28,726 nt of DNA from a virus (Duplodnaviria; Caudoviricetes), in IMG/VR virus record IMGVR_UViG_3300038393_003173, positions 1 through 28,726 of that record; one strand, given 5' to 3'. Positions 23,554 through 28,726 of the stretch are shown in pieces. Both the position numbers and the translations under genes were made by a program. How positions within the stretch are numbered: position 1 is the stretch's first letter; every line of letters begins with the position of its first letter. The notes under the pieces are model-generated. The model did not search any database. It saw nothing but the letters and a program-made list of their open reading frames with translations, and was not told the origin of the DNA.

Positions 23554-24928
23554 GCGCTGCCTCCTTCTTCCGCCAGCTAGCAACGCGCCGCTTCATTTTC
23601 ATCATGCGCGCCTGATCCGCAGCACTCACATCCTGATTGTCATTCGCCGCAGGATCTTGGGGCGGTGCGGCTGGTGCCTCGATCGGCTCCGCATCGCGCT
23701 TGGCAAGCCAGGCGAGGCTATGATCCTGCTCCTGAAGGTAGACCGTTTCTCCGCCTTCAACTGGCAACTGGCCAAGCTTGGCGCGCTGCTCATTCACCGT
23801 CAGCTTGCCCTTGGACTTCTCCAGCACGTCCATCTGTGTGATGCTGTCCATGCGGAGCAGGTTGTCTACGTCGAACTCGGTTCCGTAGACTTGGCCGTTG
23901 ATGGTCACACCCTCGCCGATTCCGAGACCTTCATCGAGGCACAGTTCAATGTCCTCGATATGCTTCTGAAGGCACTGGCTGAAATACTCGACATTCAAGG
24001 CTTGAACGTTGTTGTAGCTTGGCAGAGGCCCGACACCGATCTTGTACGGCGGTACGTGATAGACTGAGCATATCATTTCGGCAGTGAACTTCAGCTGCTC
24101 AATCAGCTGGGCTTCATCAGCCGTCATGGTCAGGGATTCGAACTTCAGACCGTCTCCTAGGATTGCGATCTTCGCCGCCCCCTGAGGACCGCCGTATTGC
24201 GTTTCCCACGTTTCCTTGAGGCGCTTGGCGTTCTCAGGATCGATCTTGCCGGGAGCCGTCAGGATGCCGCCAGGACGAACGCCGTTTGACGCCAGCCGTG
24301 CGGTAGAGCGCTGGATGTTGGTCCCCTGCGTTGCTGCCAGAGCTGCAGCATAGAGCGGAGAAATTCCTACCAGCGGATGGAACAGGCAGTTGAAACGGTC
24401 GTGGATGATTTCGCGCGCCGGAACGATGGTGTCTGATTCCGTGATCGCGGCCAGATTGTCCTGTGAGAGACGGTAAAACACCTGCCCGTCATCTGAAACA
24501 AGCGGCTGAACGCGATCCGGGTTTAGGACGTAAAGCGCAACAACGACACCGCGCCCATCGCGCTCTTTCAGAACGTATGCGTTGCCCCGTGAAAGCTTTG
24601 AATTGACCCAGTTCTCAATGAACTGGATGCGGTTCTGAAACCCATTTGGCTTGCGGAGTACCGGCGAGAAAGCCGGATTGGTCGTCTCCTGCCAGACTTG
24701 ACCGTTCTGTGCGACCAGCCGGATACGGTTCTTCGAAAGATCGGAACTGATCAGCGTATGACAGGCGAAGACCGCGAAGAACGCCATCTGCGCGTCGTTG
24801 CTGAGTTCTTCATTGCGCTGCCATGCACCTGAAAATGGCTCGCGAATGATTGGCCACCACGAACCACGGCTGTCAGGTGGCGAAAGCGTCTTCTCTGCCC
24901 GCGTGATCTGGAGACCGAAAATCTGCAC
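23540..24928 (-). CDS. Portal protein, HK97 family
   Basis: GNAYV, LNPDRV, IIHDR..LVGISP, PGGIL, YHVPPYKIG, TVNEQR. Confidence 0.95.
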   Translation of the reverse strand: MQIFGLQITRAEKTLSPPDSRGSWWPIIREPFSGAWQRNEELSNDAQMAFFAVFACHTLISSDLSKNRIRLVAQNGQVWQETTNPAFSPVLRKPNGFQNRIQFIENWVNSKLSRGNAYVLKERDGRGVVVALYVLNPDRVQPLVSDDGQVFYRLSQDNLAAITESDTIVPAREIIHDRFNCLFHPLVGISPLYAAALAATQGTNIQRSTARLASNGVRPGGILTAPGKIDPENAKRLKETWETQYGGPQGAAKIAILGDGLKFESLTMTADEAQLIEQLKFTAEMICSVYHVPPYKIGVGPLPSYNNVQALNVEYFSQCLQKHIEDIELCLDEGLGIGEGVTINGQVYGTEFDVDNLLRMDSITQMDVLEKSKGKLTVNEQRAKLGQLPVEGGETVYLQEQDHSLAWLAKRDAEPIEAPAAPPQDPAANDNQDVSAADQARMMKMKRRVASWRKKEAALETA

Positions 24929-25641
24929 TACGCGGCCTCCCTCATCCGATAATATTCAGTGGTGAAAGGATCGATCTTGAGCGGCGCGAGCGTCCACGGC
25001 TTGATCTTGCCGGGAAAGAACAGGAGGCGCGGATTGGTCTTGCGGTCGCGCACCTTGTAGTGAACGCTGCCGTACCAATAAACGCCGTCGCGCTCGCTCC
25101 AGACCTTCTCCTTGCGGCCGAGAACATAAGCTAGCCAAGCCTGATCCGAGCCGACGAAGATGTCTCCTGAGATATTCGCGCCCTTCTGGTCGAACTTCTC
25201 GAAAACCTCCGGCCTGCAACCCGCCCGAATGAGCATCATAGAACCGTTGTAAGGACGATCCTGCTGAGTGCCTTTGAACAGCACCAAGTCTTCCGGACGG
25301 TCAAAGAGAGGATCGAGCGAGCCGCCGACAACGCAATCCAGATCCATGCACACGAACCGCTCGCCGAAGATGTCTGCTGCATCCCTGCGGAACATCGACA
25401 AACGCCGGTAGCAATTCGGCTTGGCTGGTCCCCAGCGCGGAAACACGTCCTCGAAGTCACCTGGCGGCTTGATGATCGTAATGCTCTTGTCGATGCCTCG
25501 GGGCGTGTTGGTTACGCAGACAATCCGGTGGGGCGTCTTGAGGTTGCGCCTCACCATGTCAGCCCATGTATTGACGTGCTCAGAGGTGAATTTCGTTCGC
25601 CCGTGCGGCTGGGTCCACAGCCACGTTAAAATAGTCAGCAC
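24928..25641 (-). CDS. GT-A fold glycosyltransferase-like protein
   Basis: MVRRNL..PHRIVCVT; CMDLDCVV (DxD); YNGSMM; SDQAWL. Confidence 0.8.
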   Translation of the reverse strand: MLTILTWLWTQPHGRTKFTSEHVNTWADMVRRNLKTPHRIVCVTNTPRGIDKSITIIKPPGDFEDVFPRWGPAKPNCYRRLSMFRRDAADIFGERFVCMDLDCVVGGSLDPLFDRPEDLVLFKGTQQDRPYNGSMMLIRAGCRPEVFEKFDQKGANISGDIFVGSDQAWLAYVLGRKEKVWSERDGVYWYGSVHYKVRDRKTNPRLLFFPGKIKPWTLAPLKIDPFTTEYYRMREAA

Positions 25642-25651
25642 GGAAATCTTA

Positions 25652-26077
25652 TCAGTTGCCGGCTGTAAGAGTGAATGAATTGACGATGATCGTTTGTCCG
25701 TTGGTCGGCGTGTTATCGTCGAGCGTCATGTCGCCGCCGCCGCCCGTGGCGGAACAGCTGCCCTGCATCTTGCAAGTTCCGGGCGCGCCGGAGTTATTGG
25801 TGTAAAGCCGGAAGAAGTCAGCGGTCTTGGAGCCGTCCGCGCCGGATCCCGCGGTTCCAGACCAAGTGCCAGTCTTCGCCACCGCCCCGTTCGATGAAGC
25901 GGCCATCCAATCCGATGGTAGCTGAAACTCGGCCAAGACAGTCTGCGCGCCGATCGCCGTGCCTTCGTCTGTAGGAACGGTGCCGTTGTAGAGCCTGATC
26001 CACGCCGATGTGCCGATGGTCGATTCAAAACCATCGATCCCGGCATTGCGCAGATCGTCCGAAAGATAGATCGTCAT
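25652..26077 (-). CDS. Conserved virion-associated beta-rich protein
   Basis: IRLYNGTVP...LAEF.L...A.FFR...QGS....GGGDMTLD; GAGG RBS. Confidence 0.75.
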   Translation of the reverse strand: MTIYLSDDLRNAGIDGFESTIGTSAWIRLYNGTVPTDEGTAIGAQTVLAEFQLPSDWMAASSNGAVAKTGTWSGTAGSGADGSKTADFFRLYTNNSGAPGTCKMQGSCSATGGGGDMTLDDNTPTNGQTIIVNSFTLTAGN

Positions 26078-26090
26078 GTTCGCCTCTTCC

Positions 26091-28433
26091 TCAAAGTGCC
26101 GAGAATCCGCTGCTGGCGGACTTCAGCCACGCGCTGATTGGTTGCAGGGTAATTTGTGCGTCGGTCACGAGACCGAGCGAGTTGTAACAATAGAGGTTGG
26201 TGGCGGTGAGACCTGATATTGATCGGTCAGTCGTCCATGATCCGCCGTTGATGGCCCAGCGGATGACGTTGTTCACACGGTCAACCTCAATATCGACGAT
26301 GTTACCGTTTGAAATATTGCCCTGGTTGCTCTGCGTTCCGCCCGTATATGTCTCGCCGCCCGTCGCTGTGTAATAGGCGCTGTTCGTCCCGCCAGTTCCC
26401 CCGGTTCCGGCCCCCACGGTATTGTCGCAGACGCCAACGCGGAAGTTGCTGCTGAGCGTGCCCTCGATCTTGACTGCCCAGTGCTTCTTATCGGTGCTCG
26501 CGATTGGGGCGAGGCCGCGAGCATGAAAAACGGTCGAAGTATTGTCCCGGCCCACGCGCGTGTTGCTGAGCGAATATTGCATGTGCGTCGGACTGGAATT
26601 GACGGAGCTATCCCAGATCGGCCCAAGCATCGTCGCGTCGGCGCTTAGCGTTGCGGCCGCCAGATTCGCCGAGAGATCGGCGGTGATATTTCCAGCCGTC
26701 ACACTGGCATCGGCACTGAGCGTCGCCGGAGCGAGAGTGACGCCAAGGTCAGCGGTTACTGGCGAGCCCGTTGTGACACTGGCATCCGCGCTAAGTGTTG
26801 CTGCCCCAAGCGTTTTCGAAAGGTCGGCAGAGATTGGCGAGAGGACGATAATCGCCGCCGAAAGCGTGACCGGAGCCAGAGATGTGGAAAGGCTGGCATA
26901 GCTTGCTGCCACCACCGTTGTAGTGTCGGATTGCTGCTGAGTTTGCCCGGCGCTGTTCGTCGCCGTCACATAGCAAGCAACATCATGTCCAACATCGGAG
27001 GCTGAAAACACGTAGCTCGATGCGATTGGCGTGGCGTCGAGATAGAATTGCTGCGAATAGGTCGGCGTTGGCGTGCCGGTCCACGTTCCATTTGAGCAGT
27101 TTGGCGAACCCCCTTCCCACGCGGTTCCCATGACTGGCGCGACGGTGTTTTGCGGAGCGACGCCGGATGAAGTTTCGCGAACGACATGACAGAAGCCGGA
27201 AACCTCGAACGTGACCGTTTTGCCTGCCGCGACGACGAGCGTGAAATCCTTGGTGATCGTCGAACCAGAAGATGCCTGATTGATCGGATATCCACGCCAC
27301 ACCAGACCAGCCGCATCGTTCCAAGTCGAAGGAGTAAAGGCTGTTGTCGTGCTTGTGGCAGGGAATGCCGCATTTCCAATCCGCAGCATTGCCTTGAAGA
27401 TTGTGTCATCGGTCGAGACCAGAGCTACGGTTGCCCAACCGTCGATTACATCGCCAGAGTTGAAGGAGAAGCTCTCACTCTTGCTGATCTTGAAGTTCGT
27501 GGCCTGGGATCCGCCCGTCGCCACCAATCTGATCGAACGCCTGCCGGATACACCTGAGGACACAACCGAGCAAACCATCGTGCCATTGCCGGTCTGGCGC
27601 GATGAGGTCCAATTATCTGGCAGCTGGCCAGATATACCATTGCTCCCATTACCTGCGGTGCCTCCGGTGCCGGTAAGTGCATCCTGAACGAGCCCGGAAA
27701 TGGAATCTGTGTAGATCGAGCCCGCAACGGCTAGATTGGCTAGCAATGCTCCTGCGGCACCGCCGACTGCGGCTTTTTCGTCATCGTCGTAATGAGTTAC
27801 GCTTCCACTCTGCACAAGATACGGCTGGACATCCAAATAACGATTTACTGGGATGGTGCCGTTCTTGATCGCAGTGTTGATTTGATCGACGTAGCCGCCG
27901 ACCGAGCCGTTCCAATTGGGGCATGTATTCGCGATAACAAACGCACCAGCGCTTTTCCATGCTTGCACCAGGCTTGTGAGCGCCGGAATATCGACGCTTG
28001 CGGTTCCGCCGTTTGTGCCGATCTGGAACCACATGATGCAGTGACCGAACGATGCAACTTCGGCCGTGATCTTCGCCACGGTCTCGGACTGGCGGGCCAC
28101 AAGTCCATTCGGGTTGCCGGAAACCGTAGCTCCGGCCGTTGCGAAATCCCCGCCGACAGGAATGTAATAGCGCCCTCCAGCATCGGCGAGCGCGATCTTG
28201 GGCCAGCCCTGAACGGAATATGCCCAGTCGGTGTTGCTGTCACCTTCGAATAGAATCGGTGTAGAAAGTGCGAGTCCAACAGCGGCGGAGCTGCTTAATT
28301 GGCTGTCTTGCAGAGTCTTGGACAAGGATGCGACGATCGAGCCTGGTGGAATGCCAGAATCTGCTGCATTTTGCGCATATGAGGCAGAACCAGTCCCAAC
28401 CAATGCGCAAATGGCAAACGGAGACAGGTTCAA
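26091..28433 (-). CDS. Large virion accessory protein: SGNH-hydrolase-like domain, beta-sandwich/Ig-like segments, repeat stalk, SPRY-like C-terminus
   Basis: FEGDSNT (block I), ATAGAT (II), IGTNG (III), VTHY (V-like); APQNTVAP...GTWTGTPTPTYS.Q Ig-like repeat. Confidence 0.7.
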   Translation of the reverse strand: MNLSPFAICALVGTGSASYAQNAADSGIPPGSIVASLSKTLQDSQLSSSAAVGLALSTPILFEGDSNTDWAYSVQGWPKIALADAGGRYYIPVGGDFATAGATVSGNPNGLVARQSETVAKITAEVASFGHCIMWFQIGTNGGTASVDIPALTSLVQAWKSAGAFVIANTCPNWNGSVGGYVDQINTAIKNGTIPVNRYLDVQPYLVQSGSVTHYDDDEKAAVGGAAGALLANLAVAGSIYTDSISGLVQDALTGTGGTAGNGSNGISGQLPDNWTSSRQTGNGTMVCSVVSSGVSGRRSIRLVATGGSQATNFKISKSESFSFNSGDVIDGWATVALVSTDDTIFKAMLRIGNAAFPATSTTTAFTPSTWNDAAGLVWRGYPINQASSGSTITKDFTLVVAAGKTVTFEVSGFCHVVRETSSGVAPQNTVAPVMGTAWEGGSPNCSNGTWTGTPTPTYSQQFYLDATPIASSYVFSASDVGHDVACYVTATNSAGQTQQQSDTTTVVAASYASLSTSLAPVTLSAAIIVLSPISADLSKTLGAATLSADASVTTGSPVTADLGVTLAPATLSADASVTAGNITADLSANLAAATLSADATMLGPIWDSSVNSSPTHMQYSLSNTRVGRDNTSTVFHARGLAPIASTDKKHWAVKIEGTLSSNFRVGVCDNTVGAGTGGTGGTNSAYYTATGGETYTGGTQSNQGNISNGNIVDIEVDRVNNVIRWAINGGSWTTDRSISGLTATNLYCYNSLGLVTDAQITLQPISAWLKSASSGFSAL
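26628..26897 (-). repeat. Four degenerate ~23-aa repeats (ADLxxTLxxATLSADASV)
   Basis: ASLSTSLAPVTLSAAIIV, ADLSKTLGAATLSADASV, ADLGVTLAPATLSADASV, ADLSANLAAATLSADATM. A fifth copy (ASLSKTLQDSQLSSSAAV) lies near the N-terminus. Confidence 0.85.
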
Positions 28434-28726
28434 TTGAAATCGCCAACCACTCGCGCTGAAACATTGGCCCCAGTCGTAACGGAAAAAGCACCATTCTTGC
28501 TGTCGTGGCCAAAGTAGATCGTGAATGGGGCCAAGTTTGAAACGCTGCCCGATCCTCCGGCGAAGATGACCTTGGAACTCGTTCCGTCTTTCAATGTCAC
28601 CGAGCCAGGAGAGGTTGTGGCCGGGAAAATGATGACATGGCTGAGATGCTGTCCGGTTTGCGTTCCTCCGTCCCCAATCACCTGATCGGTCACTGATGCG
28701 GCAACGTCCTCATATTCCCTGGCCAT
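28430..28726 (-). CDS. Small beta-rich hypothetical virion protein, 98 aa
   Basis: ATG at the window edge; stop overlaps the next start. Confidence 0.7.
   Translation of the reverse strand: MAREYEDVAASVTDQVIGDGGTQTGQHLSHVIIFPATTSPGSVTLKDGTSSKVIFAGGSGSVSNLAPFTIYFGHDSKNGAFSVTTGANVSARVVGDFN

Noticed and set aside
22964-24067. 367-aa + strand ORF, and similar ones such as 14818..15501
   Set aside because: Antisense shadows of well-supported portal, collagen-like and tail genes in GC-rich DNA.
1-28726. CRISPR array, diversity-generating retroelement, IS element, or a true gene transfer agent
   Set aside because: No regularly spaced repeats, reverse transcriptase or DDE/HUH transposase seen. Integrase, attP and a lysis cassette indicate a temperate phage despite the GTA-like tail genes.

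Overview
About 28.7 kb of a temperate, siphovirus-type phage. The host is most likely an alphaproteobacterium, possibly a sphingomonad; this is inferred from the GTA-like tail tip module, the Flp pilin and CtrA-like boxes. Left part (+ strand, 1-4722): the 3' end of a tyrosine integrase, an attP-type core matching the 3' half of tRNA-Pro(CGG), then small accessory genes (GIY-YIG/T5orf172-like, ASCH, Lar, a Q-like protein and a sigma-like chimera). Right part (- strand, 28726 to 4749): the late operon, running from virion accessory proteins, a glycosyltransferase, portal, neck, tail tube, frameshifted chaperones, tape measure, GTA-like tip and fibres into a long lysis region (Pro-rich peptide, membrane proteins, GH19 endolysin, holin, HNH, spanins) that ends in a secreted DUF1996 protein. 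A small + strand island (membrane peptide plus Flp pilin) lies between the tail and lysis modules. The most unexpected signal is a family of ~55-75 nt cloverleaf elements with covarying stems and GAA mini-hairpins (1568-1648, 2093-2174 inverted, 3138-3210). Together with internally collapsed copies (1243, 1496, possibly 4732), they bracket accessory genes as inverted pairs, suggesting a gene-cassette system. All family assignments come from recognising motifs by eye; no searches were run.
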